Part shown: in pieces, positions 38,646-50,203 of the stretch | Numbering within the stretch: position 1 is the first letter of the stretch | Layout of the letters: every line of letters begins with the position of its first letter | NCBI GenBank assembly: GCA_977016875.1 | Contig: CDRNST010000144.1 | Location: 744,001 to 808,000 of the forward strand | DNA length: 64,000 nt | DNA from: Pavona decussata | Lineage: Eukaryota | Direction of reading: 5' to 3' | Position numbers and translations under genes: made by a program | Notes under the pieces: model-generated | What the model was told of the DNA's origin: nothing | What the model saw: the letters and a program-made list of their open reading frames with translations, nothing else | Databases searched by the model: none

Positions 38646-41424
38646 CGATGTTTAATCAAGTTGCTGTCCCGCCAGAGGATCAAGTTGCCCTTCGTTTTCT
38701 GTGGCGTCAATCACCTGGATCTGAAGCAGAAGTCTATCAACACCAGCATCACATCTTTGGAGCCAAGTGCGCACCAACTTGTTCTAACTATGCGCTTCTC
38801 AGAAGTGCAGAAGAAAATAAACTGCAGCCCTTGCAGTAAAGCGAAACTTCTACATGGATGACTTTTTCAAGTCCGTGGAATCGAGCAGCGAAGCTCTGGA
38901 ACTGCAACAGCAACTGGTTGCAATGCTGAAGTTTGCAGCATTTAACTTGACCAAATGGATCTCAAATGAAAAGGAAATGATCGAGCGTATAACAGTATCA
39001 GAGAGAGCTCCCTCTGTAAAGGTGGTTGAAGAAGAAACTGTCATGCCTGTGGAACGTGCTCTTGGTGTCATTTGGGACACTAACTCTGACTGTTTTGTCT
39101 ACAAGGTGGTTAAAAGGGACTTGGCAGACACGCAATGCAAAATTTTGAGTCTGATAGCATCATTGTTCGATCCAATTGGGCTCCTGGCTCCATTCCTGGT
39201 GCGAGCAAAAATCTTTCTTCGACAAGTGTGGCAGTTTGGTATTGGCTGGGACGATGCACCACCAGCAGAATTCCTCATAGAGTGGTCCAAATGGCAGGAG
39301 GAACTGGAGGGGCTTTCAGAATTCTTTGTTCCCCGGTTTTATCGTCATGTTGTGGACACTCCATCTGTTATTGAGCTCCATGTATTTGGAGATGCCAGTG
39401 AACTGGCATTCTGCTTAGTAGCTTACTTTAGATTCAGCTATGCTAGTGGAGCTGTGAGATGTGCCTTTGTTACAGCTAAGATGCAAGTAGCACCCAAGAA
39501 GCCATTGAGCATTCCTAAGCTTGAACTGCAGGCCGTAGTATTCAGTGCGAAGTTATCTGCTGTAGTAATCAAGGAGCATGATTACAACATTGATTCTAAA
39601 TACCTTTGGACTGACATTAGCACTGTATTTCAGTGGATTCGTGGAGAGTCAAAGTGCTACCCTGCATTTATCGGTAATCAAATTGGTGAGATTCTGGACA
39701 TGACGGAACCCAGTCAATGGAACCACTGTCCAGGTCCATTAAACCTGCAGATGATGGTAGCAGGGGACTTCCGGTTAGGTCAATCGGGTCAGAGAGCAGG
39801 TGGCTAAATGGTCCTGCCTTCCTGCATCTCCCTGAAGAGAAGCGGCCAAAGGGGAATTTACAACTTGAAGCCTCCAACCAACCCATGAATGACCTGCAAA
39901 CCCAAGACATGGCAGTAAATTGGACTGGTGCAGTGCAAGATTCAAGGCGTAAATTCATTTCCTTGGATAAGTAGTCATCCTTGACGCGACTCCTCAGAGT
40001 AACTGCCAGCAGTTTTTGGTTTATTTACAACTGCAGACGCGCAGCGGCTGAACATCGAATTCGTCAGTTGTCAGTTGAAGAGTTGGAGCAAGCTCAGAAA
40101 TTCTGGAACCGCAAGGCTCAAGCAGAGTCCTTTCCCCAAGAAGTTGCCACTCTCAAGAAAATTCTACCCATTTCAAGCAAGAGCAAATTGGTTTCTCTTT
40201 CACCCTTCTTGGACGAAGAAGGAATGGTTCGTGTTGGTCGGATTGAGAGAGCCAATATACCATATTCTGGCCACCACCCTTTGGTGTTGTCACCTGAGCA
40301 TGAGCTGAGCCGTCTTATCTTCATAAACTGCCATGAAATGATTAAACATGAAGGCGTTGGACATGTCCGAAACGAATTAAGACAACAGTACTGGATTCTG
40401 CGCTGCCGTGCAACAGTCCGAAAGATTCTATATCAGTGTTCTTATTGCAGAAGGCGAAGAGCAAAACCAGAAGCACCATTGATGGCTGGCCTTCCCTCTG
40501 ATCGTCTACAAGTTGCACCGGCATTCTCGAAAGTTGGAGTAGATTTCTTTGGTCCACTGAAAGTGAAGCATCTCAGGAAACAAGAAAAGAGATATGGTTG
40601 CCTCTTTACTTGTCTCGTGACAAGACGTGTGCATTTGGAAGTTGAGCACTCTTTGTCTACTGACTCTTTCATCATGTGTCTTCGACGGTTTATAGCAAGA
40701 CGAGGTAAACCAACTGTCATCTACTCTAACAATGGAACAAACTTTGTGGGAGCCAACCGCGAGTTAAAAGAATGCCTTTGTGAGTGGAATCAAGATCGAA
40801 TTGCAAATACACTGAGTCAAGAAGGAATTCAGTGGGTATTCAATCCACCCGCCGCACCCCATATGGGGGGAGTATGGGAGCGTTTAGTGAGGTCCTGTAA
40901 GAAAGCCCTTGATGCTGTCCTGCAGAATCAAGTCCTCACGGATGAAGTATTAGTGACCGCCATTACTGAAGTTGAGTGGCTAGTCAACAGTCATCTTTTG
41001 ACTGAGGTGAGCTCTGATGTGGACGATCTTGGAGCGTTGACTCCGAATCATTTTATTATTGGTAGAGCATCTCCTAATCTGCCACCTGGTATTTTTGCTG
41101 ACAAAGAGATATCGTCTCAGAAGCGTTGGCGTCAGGCACAAGTTATCACCACCCATGACTGGAATCGATGGTTGCGAGAGTACCTGCCTGGTTTAGCTGT
41201 TTACAAGAAGTGGTTTCAGCCTATGGCGAATGTTAAGATTAGTGATTTGGTGCTGGTAGTAGACTATGGAACCCTGAGAGACTCCTGGCCTCTTGGCAGA
41301 ATTGTCAGAGTTTTTCGCTGGCCATGACAATGTCGTAAGATCAGCTGAAGTGAAGACCAAGTTTGGTTTGATGAAACGTCCTGTTGTGAAACTAGCCCTC
41401 CTAGAAGAGTGTTCGTCCATTTAA
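38646..41424 (+). pseudogene. pol: BEL/Pao Pol: RT C-terminal half, RNase H, integrase (frameshifts and stops)
   Basis: MFNQV...LRFLW, FGAKCAP, YMDDFF, ELHVFGDASE..F, SIPKLELQA, integrase H..H...CxxC, GVDFFGP, SNNGTNF, GGVWERLV. Confidence 0.9.
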
Positions 41425-42133
41425 CTCAGCCGAACACCGGGGGTGGATGTTACCGCCATAAAATCGTCAGACTTTATTTTGATTTACATCTTAATGACAT
41501 CTCATGTAATCGGACATGACGTTGTCTTCTGTTTTTTGTACCCGGATGAGAGCACATGGCATGGCTTTTGGAGAAATGTACTACGGATTGAAAGTTTTTT
41601 ACAGCTGGTGTAAAAATACTCGTAGTCATTGAAAAGTCATCAAAATGTTACCCGAGGTAAGAGATTTGGATTTGGGAGCCGCGGGAACACAACCTTTACA
41701 ATTAAATTGGAGCTATGATCAAAATGACTGTCATTTCATTTTCCAACACAATTTAATGAGATGCACTGTTTTTGAAAATATTTCAGTATTTAGCTATAAC
41801 TCACTTTAATTTAATACTTAATAGCACTATTTTAGAAGGCTAAATAACACATTTAACTGACAGTTTATCACAAAGCATACTGCCCTATTACCAACAACAT
41901 TATTATGCGATTTTTAAATCTCAATCCAAAACGCATTTTTCTTTTTAGCGGACTTGTATACTCATGGCAAGATGACATACAAAATAGAACAAAAAGGCAA
42001 ACAGAAATCAGTTACTGTCAACCGCACAGAGTATACATTGACCGAAGAAGCCCTTGAAGCATTTGAAAAAATCCAAGACTCATGAGAAAAGGACATGTAA
42101 AAAGAACCCAAATGACGCATTAATAGGAGGTAA

Positions 42134-42612
42134 TTAAGAGCGGCTGCCTGTAAGAATCGAGAACTGCATTTCAGCGACCCCTTGGTCGAATTTCTGATAT
42201 TTCGCCAGAGGATACCCTTGGATTAACTATTTTCGAAAATCATATTTTAAAGTTCTAAGGTATTTTATTTTTGAGAAAATTGCGGGAGTTTGAAATGCGG
42301 CCTAGGTGCGGTCGCGGGCCGATGAAAACCGCGAAAATTTAGGTCAAAGGACGAAGCCCCGTTCACGGTGTAAAATAACCCAATAAACTTGAAACTTTAC
42401 ACAAACCTAGACCAACCATCTCACAAGAAAATTAATACAATAAACATTCCAAACTCGCTGGCTGCTTTCTAAAGCATGCAGATTTGTGTGCGCTACTCAA
42501 AATGGCCTCGAAACTAATGCCAATTTTCATTAAAATAAAAGTGTTTCTGGTATGTAATTTTCTCTAAATTAAATCTCATATCTCGAAAGATGCCAATCAC
42601 CTGGTACGAGAC
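42134..42612. mobile_element. Non-autonomous DNA transposon fragment (Kolobok-like TTAA start)
   Basis: Starts ttaagagcggc just after an exon donor and contains typical non-coding TE text (aaacttgaaactttacacaaacc, atatctcgaaag). Confidence 0.35.
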
Positions 42613-45590
42613 GTAGAAGAAGGAGGGGGGCGGCCACCGCTGCCCCCTCAGATAATGTACGGCGTGGTGGCGCGGCGGCAGACGTGGGATCTGTCCCGAA
42701 TCCAAGAGAGCATTCAGGTTGGCGAGAGGTCTGTCCCAGCACCGGCGCCAGGTGCACCCCACTGAGTACCATGCAGAGAAAGTGCCCACTGCCAGGGTAA
42801 AGGCAAGTTTGGATCACGAGGAAATTGTTCTCCGGGTGTCGAGGGTGAGCAACACCAATCAACAATTGGTGAAAATCACCCCTGGCAGGACTCTCGAAGC
42901 CATCAAGGGAGTCCGTAAGAGTACGCGTTACCGGGAGCTGCTGGCCTCTTTACAGCCGGAGGTGGAGAGCAGCAAGTTCATTGAACACGAACCGGTCGGC
43001 CCCAACCCGGGGTCTCCGAATGACTTACCCGATGATACCACTCCCGACCCTAGCCCTTATCAATGGGCAGTGGAGGTACGGACGACCATTGAACAACTTG
43101 GCGTCCCTGATGGCATTGACATCGATGCCATCAACCCTGGACTAGTGATCAACCGTACCAGGGACATGCTGGATGCGGAATATGCCCGGTGGTTGCCTCC
43201 ACTGGCAGGACGTAAAAGGAGGCCACCCAGACGACGATCTGGAGCCCCCAGGGTACGGACTGGACTACCAGCAAGCACAGTGAGGGTGAGGCGTAGGACT
43301 TCCTACGTCCAAACGCGGCGATCTTTCAGACTATCAAGGAAGCGCTGCGCTCACAACGTCCTTTCTGGTACCTGGGAGGAGCAACCTTCCCCAGTACCGA
43401 TGGCTACACAAGAGCCGTACTGGTGTGGCGTATTCCAACCGGCATCCATGCATGACGATCACAGACCTCCACCAAAAGGGCCGGTTGAGTGGGACCTGGT
43501 CAATCCCATCACCATCAAGGAAGTGACCAAGGCTATCAGAGGGATCTCTGATGGGGCCCCAGGGCCGGATCGCTAATCCCTTAGCGGCTTGAAAGAGCTT
43601 CGGTGGGTAGAGGTAGCGGCCCACTTCAATGTGTGGCTGCTGACAGGCTATCCGCCTACGCCTCTCTGCCGCGGCGAGACTGTCCTGATCGCCAAAGAGC
43701 AGGATGCCACGACACCCGAGAAACACTGCCCGATTACATTATTAGACACCATCTTGCAGTGCTTCCATAAGATCCTTGCTTCCTAGTTTGAGGCAACGCT
43801 GCCATGGAACAGGCGCCAAAATGCATTTATGAAAGGGGATGGCATGGCTCATTCGATCTAGCTACTGCAGACGATCATTCGCTAAAATCAGCGGACGCTC
43901 AATCCGCTGAACATCGCCTTTCTTAACGTTAAGAAGGCCTTTGAGTCTGTCAGCCACCAGAGTCTCTTGCTCGCTGCTGGGAGGATGGGAGTGCCACCTC
44001 CATTGCTGGGCTATCTGGGCGAACTCTACAGAGACGCCTAAACATGCCTACTCATTGGCCCTGACCGCAGCGAGCCTATCAAAGTGTCGAGGGGATGAGA
44101 CAGGGCGATCCTCTCTCTGTCCACCTTTTTAACGCAACTATCGACTGGGCGCTGGGTTCTGGATCGTCTTGATCCTGAGCTTGGTGTAATGGTTGGGGAG
44201 ACGAGAGTGTATGCTGGAGCATTCAAAGACGACATTGCACTGATCGCAAGGACACCCGGCGGCCTCCAGCACTTGCTCAACGACCTTGCTGCTGAGTTTA
44301 GGTTCAGTGGCTTGGAAGTTAGTGCGGGGCTGGATGGAAAGTCAGCCAGTCTTCAGATTGTTGTTGATAGCAAGAGGAGAGGTTAGGGAACATATCCCGA
44401 GCCCCCCTTAAGCCCCAGCAGCGGCTGTTCATCTTCAACAACAATCTCATACCAGCCTTATATCACCAGTTGGTACTGACCTCGACAACTAAGAAGTACC
44501 TGAAGTGGCTTGACAGATCTGTCCGGGCGGCTGTACGATCCTGGTTGAACTTGCCGCGTGATACGCCCAAGGCCTTTTTCCATGCTAAGATCTTCGATGG
44601 TGGCCTTGGAATCTTCACCATTGAGCATCAGGTCCCGTTGATGAAGATCAAGCGCATCGACCGTCTCTGGGCCAGCAATGACCAGTGATTAGGGAGATGC
44701 TGTCAACGGACGGTGCTGAGTCCCTGCTGGCTAAGCGAAGGGAGCCTAGCCGATACGGTGGGTGGAGATCGCAAGCGGGTCCAGCCTTCTGGCTGCACTG
44801 GTGACTGACCTCCATTCCTCTGTTGACGGCAGGGGCTTGCGCGAGAGCGACCTTGTCCCACCACAACATCAGTGGGTTGCTGAAGGCACGAATCTGTTGT
44901 GCAGCGTCAATTATATTGGCGCGGTGAAGGTGCGAGGCAACCTTCTTCCCACAGCAGTTCGTACCTCCAGGGGTCGCACAGGTGTAAGCATCCTTTGTGG
45001 CGCTTGCCAGCGACCCGGATCACTTGGGCACATACTTCAAGTTTGCCCTAGGACTCATCGCTTGAGAGTTTTCAGACATGATAAGATTGTCTTCCTAGTG
45101 CAGTCAGCTGCGGGTAAAGCTGGGTGGTCTTGCATCAGAGAGCCTGCCATTCCAACAACGGCATGCCTGCGTAGACTGGGCCTGATTTTTCATCACGAAT
45201 CGTGGTCCACTCTTGTTCTGGATGTGACGATTGTTGCTGACAATGCGGTCCTTCACGAGGTGCATGCGCGTAAAGTCCAGTATTACGATGTCCCGGACAT
45301 CAGAAACGGGAACACGCGGAATATCTCTGACAAAGCTGTACAATTCTCTAATGTGTTGCTCAGCTGGAGGGGGCTGATGGCTCGTGCATCAGCCGAGACC
45401 TTGTGCTCATGACTGGGTCGGCAACGCTTAAGTCTCCTCACCGCGGTCACCTGCAAGAGGAGCCTGTGGATCTGGCAACATTTCCACAGAAGCAATTACA
45501 CGTTCCGTGGATGACGGGCACTATGTGCCCCGACTTTCCACTGTGCCTCCACGTCGGTATGTAGGGTCAAGCTCCCCATATAAAAGAGCA
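42613..45590 (+). mobile_element. R2-clade non-LTR retrotransposon, degenerate
   Basis: N-terminal zinc finger (ICPES..F...RGLSQHRRQVH) and Myb-like motif (NQQL...PGRTLEAIKGVRK); RT motifs APGPD, QGDPLS..LFN and AFKDD; CGAC...LGHILQVCPRTH..R..RHD and a restriction-like endonuclease (REP..., LDVTIV, KVQYYD). Many stops and a deletion. Confidence 0.9.
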
Positions 45591-46562
45591 ACGAACACTT
45601 ATTTACCACGACATTGTCAGTTAATGTTATCTTTGTGTCTAGTCTAGCCTGGGCGTAGTATATTGTGCAAAGGTAGTAGTTTTTACAGCCTCTCTTTATA
45701 TTAAACAGCCCTTAAAAATTTTGGATCAGCAGGATTGATTACAATTTGAAATCCCCAAAATACTTCAATTACCCGCTGGACAGTCATTGAAAACACAATA
45801 CGTACTACTCAATAGTAACACACATCCCTGCCAGTTAGCTGAGATGACTTTCTTTGCATGCTGCTCCTACATACTCTACATTAAACTGTATATAGTATAT
45901 ATTTTAGAATCTCTGTTTTGACACTTCACTTTTCTAGCATGGCAATGTTACCACTACTACTCAGCACACTAGATAGGATGACTGGTTCACACTAGTTCCG
46001 AAATTTTTTGACCTAATATTTATAATTAGTGATTTTTGTTTCAATAATTTATTTACTTTAACATGTTACTGTCAACATTACACTTATATCCTCAAAATGA
46101 CACCATAATGAAATATGTTTCAATAGCCCATCAAGTAACAGTGCTTCCAACTATTACCTTCTGTACAAATAAGTATCACCTTTTTCAAAATACTGTATGT
46201 CCATAATACCTAAGGTGCTTCTTTAGTAACACATTCAACATTCAACCGGACAATAACTTGTATACCCGATTTATTTGCTGTGCAGGTGTATTTCCTTTGC
46301 AAGCAAGCTCCACCGCAAAATCGGAAGAGGTGTGGGAGTTTTCAACAAAGTTAGCAGATCTTGGAATGTCCATACAGAAATAGATAGAATATTACAATAT
46401 GGAAAATGATCAAAGGTAAGATTATGATCCACAAGCTATAATTATTTAACAAATTTACCCAAAAACTCTTTCCAATAGAGTAATACAAAGCAAAAAAACA
46501 GGTATTAATCATTCTACCAAATTAATGAAATCATAAAGTGCAAAATAAATAAAAAAATAAAA

Positions 46563-46642
46563 TACAGTTGGATTTCTATTAAACGGCCACCCTGGCCTTT
46601 GAAACCTGGCTGCTTAATAGAGGTTGGCCGTTTAATAGAGGT
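46563..46642. mobile_element. Tc1/mariner-type MITE fragment
   Basis: TACAGT start, then ctattaaacggccacc and its inverse ggccgtttaatagagg. Confidence 0.55.
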
Positions 46643-46789
46643 ACAATATAAATTGGGTAGAAATGGCAGTCAACATAATTTTATTCCCTCCATTAGTATA
46701 TAGCAAAATGCTTGCTGAAAAGTGAACACATTTGAAGATAAATGCCAATATCATTTAAACAAATGATTAAGTGCCCTGTATTGGCGCAT

Positions 46790-48150
46790 TTCAAGTCCGT
46801 GCAAAGTGCGTGCAAAGCTCTAATACTAATCTGTCTGTCTGTCTGCCCCAGACTTGTCTTACGGTTAGCTACAAATGATCTTCAAACCATTTCTGCTGTT
46901 GAACCTGGCTCTACTCTTGAAGATCTAACTTGTTTGCTATATGAGTCATACGGTGTGCGGCTGGTCTGCAATTGCCAGACGACTTTTCGCAGGGATACTC
47001 CTCTTTTGAAAACCAAGTGAAGTTATTAACTAAGTATCTTAAGGTCGTATTGGAGCCGCTCCCTTACGTTGCTTATTGGCGACACCGAGGCTTCTGGAAT
47101 GGGATGGTGTTCACCTCAACTCCTTAGGTCACTACAAATTCTTTGGTAGCTTGGGAGGGGCAGTTTTTCATGCTTGTGGTCTGTACCAGCCAAAAATTGG
47201 TTTGATCCACTTCTTCAATTTGCATCTCTTGCCATTTCGGTCTTAAATGTTCGCCAGGCTAATGTGTTTTGTTTCATGCCAAGCCTATTGTTGACAAAGG
47301 GTGTTGTCCGTTGCCTGTCTGGCTTGGTGGATGTGTTCACCAACAGTGCAACACTGTATTGTCAGTCAGAGAAATATGTTCAAGTTGTGTTTATAACAAA
47401 CCATGCAATTAACAGCCTTGGCATTGTTATTTTTGTGCGATCAATTTGCCTTATCAGTGCACAACTAGTGATCACCCCATTAAGGGGTGTGTCCAACACA
47501 CTTCGCTTTTTGTGATTTAACACTTGTTTTGTTCAGATTCGTCTTGCCTTGCCAGCTTGGCACTTGACATGATTTTTTTTTCATAAAAACGCCTTTTGCA
47601 AGATCTATTCTGTTAGGTTTCCAGACAACAATACCAGGTGGCTACAGTTATTTTAGTGATCCCACGTCCTGGGTTGTTGTCTGCTTTCTCATATTTTATT
47701 ATCCATTGTATTCTGTAAGAAATGCCTCCCAAAAAAAGTGCCGCCGTTAAGACTTCCATGGCTTCAGCAACTTCCACACGAGCCAAAAGACCACGAGCCT
47801 CAACATTGAACTCTGTTTCTGAGAGGGTTAAAGTCCCTGTTGGCGAAACCTCTTCGACCTGAGGCACTGTTTCATTGGACGTTTCCGCCATTTCAGCGAC
47901 TGTATCTTCCGTGGTATCTTAAGCCATCAACACTTCCTTTTCGCCAGAAAATATGGCTGTTCTACTCAAAAGCAATCGAGCTCCTCAACCCGTTTTGCCT
48001 GAGTCTCCCAAGGATTCCTCTGGTGCTATTGATGATGCTGTCAGTGCTGAGGTCGTCGATATTATCCAGTACAACTCTCAGGGGAAGCACCTCTCTCCTT
48101 CAGTTTCATCCAATTCCGAACACAGACGACTTTCACAAGTATTTCTGTAC
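46790..48150 (-). pseudogene. Decayed long exon of an unknown gene
   Basis: ORF 47613-47891 plus flanking broken frames with Cys/His patches. No family recognised. Confidence 0.3.
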
Positions 48151-48998
48151 CTTTCAGTTCTAAGGTTAGCACTAAATTGAAAGCAAAAGTATTCGCCAAC
48201 CTATATTTATATTTTGGGGCGTTGTGTTCCTGTTTCCTTCCAGGAAATCAGCTAGTAACTGTGTTTTCAACAAAGGTTGCACTTTAACTGCACCTTATCT
48301 TTAGCGAGAACATGCCTCAATATAAAAACAAGTTACGACTTTTATCACGTCCTATTTTTCAACTTGTATGTAGGTTTAGAGAATAAAAGCAGCAGTTGTG
48401 TGAATATTATAGCTAAAACAAAATGGCATTGACGGATTCAACCGAAAATAAGGCACAGATGAGCCCTTTGCATTTTCAGGTGCCTGCCAACATGTCTTGT
48501 TTCGGACCAACCTGCGTGTCCTTCATGCATTGTTTCAAAAATAAGGGCTCGGTACCCATCAGTCACTAGAATTTATATGAGGTATCGCGAACATTTAACA
48601 GTTGAGAGAGCACTACTTGTTAGTTGGAGAACCAGTAAAAACCAGAACATGCAATTAAAATGGTAAGAGATCGAAATAACTGACCCTACTGGAACTATTA
48701 ATTTATCAGTCTGGGATAGCCACATCCAGCAGATTAAAGGGGAAAAATTCTACACTGTCACCAGCTGCAAACTCAAGCAGTATTTTGGAAATCGCCTTGC
48801 GACCATAGTAAACACAACAGTTACCAAAGCGAAGAGTAGGACATCTCCCATGCTGAGCCATCACAGAACCAACCAAACTGTGTGTGTCAGGAGTCAGCGG
48901 TAGTTGAAGGCGATGGACGTGTATTTTTCTGCTCTGTGACTTATGTTAGAAACTATGCGATTCTAAGAGGTTTTTTCAGCTTTACATCTGCTGCAATT

Positions 48999-49877
48999 AT
49001 GAATGAAGACCTGGATAACATGGATTCAAATGAAAGAAGGCCTACGCGTAAAAGACAACGTGATAATGGCTCTCAAACTGACGAGGAATCTATCGTGGAC
49101 AGCGGCCATTGTTGCGACGCCTCGATGAACATGCAGAGAATGGAGGCCAAAATCGATCAACTTTTGGCCTTACTGCCCGAATTTGAAGCTCTGAAAACCC
49201 GTTTAACAGAGGTAGAACTTGAAAACAAGGAATTGAGAAATACGTTGGATTTTAATGGAAGAGAGCTAGCTGAATTGAAAGCTACTGTGGCCTACACGTG
49301 CTCCCAGATAGCAGTAAACCGAGAGGATCAAAAGAAGCTGAAGGCTGAAGTCCATCAGCAAAAATGCCGGAATATCAAATTGGAGGCGTACACACGTAGA
49401 GAGAATATAAAGATCTTCAACCTTCCGGAAATTAGAGGTGAGACACCCAGTCATACAGAAGAATTAGTAAGATCAATGTTTGAAGAAAAAATGAGTATCT
49501 CGAAAGAAGATGTAGATGACATCCAATTTGAGCGTGTCCACCGTTTGCCGACTCGCAAAAACTCCGTTAATCCTGCCAAGCCTCGACCAATAATTGCTAA
49601 ACTCAGCTTTTACCAAGACAAACAGTTTGTTTGGTCTTCAGTCAAAAATTTGAAAAATACTGGAATTGGACTTTCTAATGATTATCCCAAAGAAATAGAT
49701 GACATTCATGGAAAGCTATACCCGGTTCTGAAAAATGATAAGCGAGAGAAACAACAAGCCTTCTTCAAGGTTGACAAATTAATAATAAATGGTCAAGTTT
49801 ACAGAGGAAAGGAAACAGAAAATCTTCCCTACTACGGTGAAATAATGAGCAGTGCTCACGCAGATGGAGAGCTGTAG
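48999..49877 (+). CDS. L1 ORF1 protein (coiled coil plus RRM-like/CTD)
   Basis: LEAYTRRENIKIFNLPE...IQFERVHRL...PRPIIAKL..YQDK...GLSNDYPKEI. First ATG at 48999. Confidence 0.9.
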   Translation: MNEDLDNMDSNERRPTRKRQRDNGSQTDEESIVDSGHCCDASMNMQRMEAKIDQLLALLPEFEALKTRLTEVELENKELRNTLDFNGRELAELKATVAYTCSQIAVNREDQKKLKAEVHQQKCRNIKLEAYTRRENIKIFNLPEIRGETPSHTEELVRSMFEEKMSISKEDVDDIQFERVHRLPTRKNSVNPAKPRPIIAKLSFYQDKQFVWSSVKNLKNTGIGLSNDYPKEIDDIHGKLYPVLKNDKREKQQAFFKVDKLIINGQVYRGKETENLPYYGEIMSSAHADGEL

Positions 49878-50203
49878 TAACTAAATGCGCGCCAGATGTT
49901 TGATTTCTGTATCTGTGTCTACTTTTTTTGTATTTTACTCAGTTCGTTTAATTAGTGTCGTACCATTCTCGCTTTTGTTAGTTGTACTTATTTTTAGGTG
50001 GAGTCTGTTCTATCAAGTGTTCGGGTTTAGTTGCATCTGTGAGGCATTTTTTTTCGTATCTGATTTGTTTTTGATCTTTCAATGTCCCCTGTTCTATGTT
50101 TTTGGATTTGCATTTACATTTACCACTTCGAATACTTCATTAGCACTTTTCCCTTTTTTTCCTTCTTCTGCGGTCTCATTAGTGACACCTTTGGGATTAT
50201 AAA

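Larger units (their letters stand above)
37127..41630 (+). mobile_element. BEL/Pao LTR retrotransposon, internally deleted, 3' LTR truncated
   Basis: 5' LTR TGTT...CA at 37127-37655, PBS at 37664-37680, PPT GGGGGTGGA, 3' LTR 41448 to about 41630, and gag-RT-RNase H-integrase ORFs between. Confidence 0.95.
35406..46415 (+). pseudogene. Spliced DUF3987/YfjI-type P-loop ATPase/helicase (exons 35406-35566, 35721-36074, 36707-36931, 41949-42129, possibly 46286-46415)
   Basis: WTKPVILWVACVITTGT (decayed Walker A), TWDKFGEILADGGGRSLGLFDE*MSF (Walker B), FLQPFTG, NANFNMQRTS..FVGFTQP...KGFSSRILW (sensor and Arg-finger region), YTLTEEALEAFEKI. All introns are GT-AG. Confidence 0.7.

Noticed and set aside
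49885-50202. Hydrophobic 105-aa ORF between L1 ORF1 and ORF2
   Set aside because: It is explained by the T-rich spacer composition.
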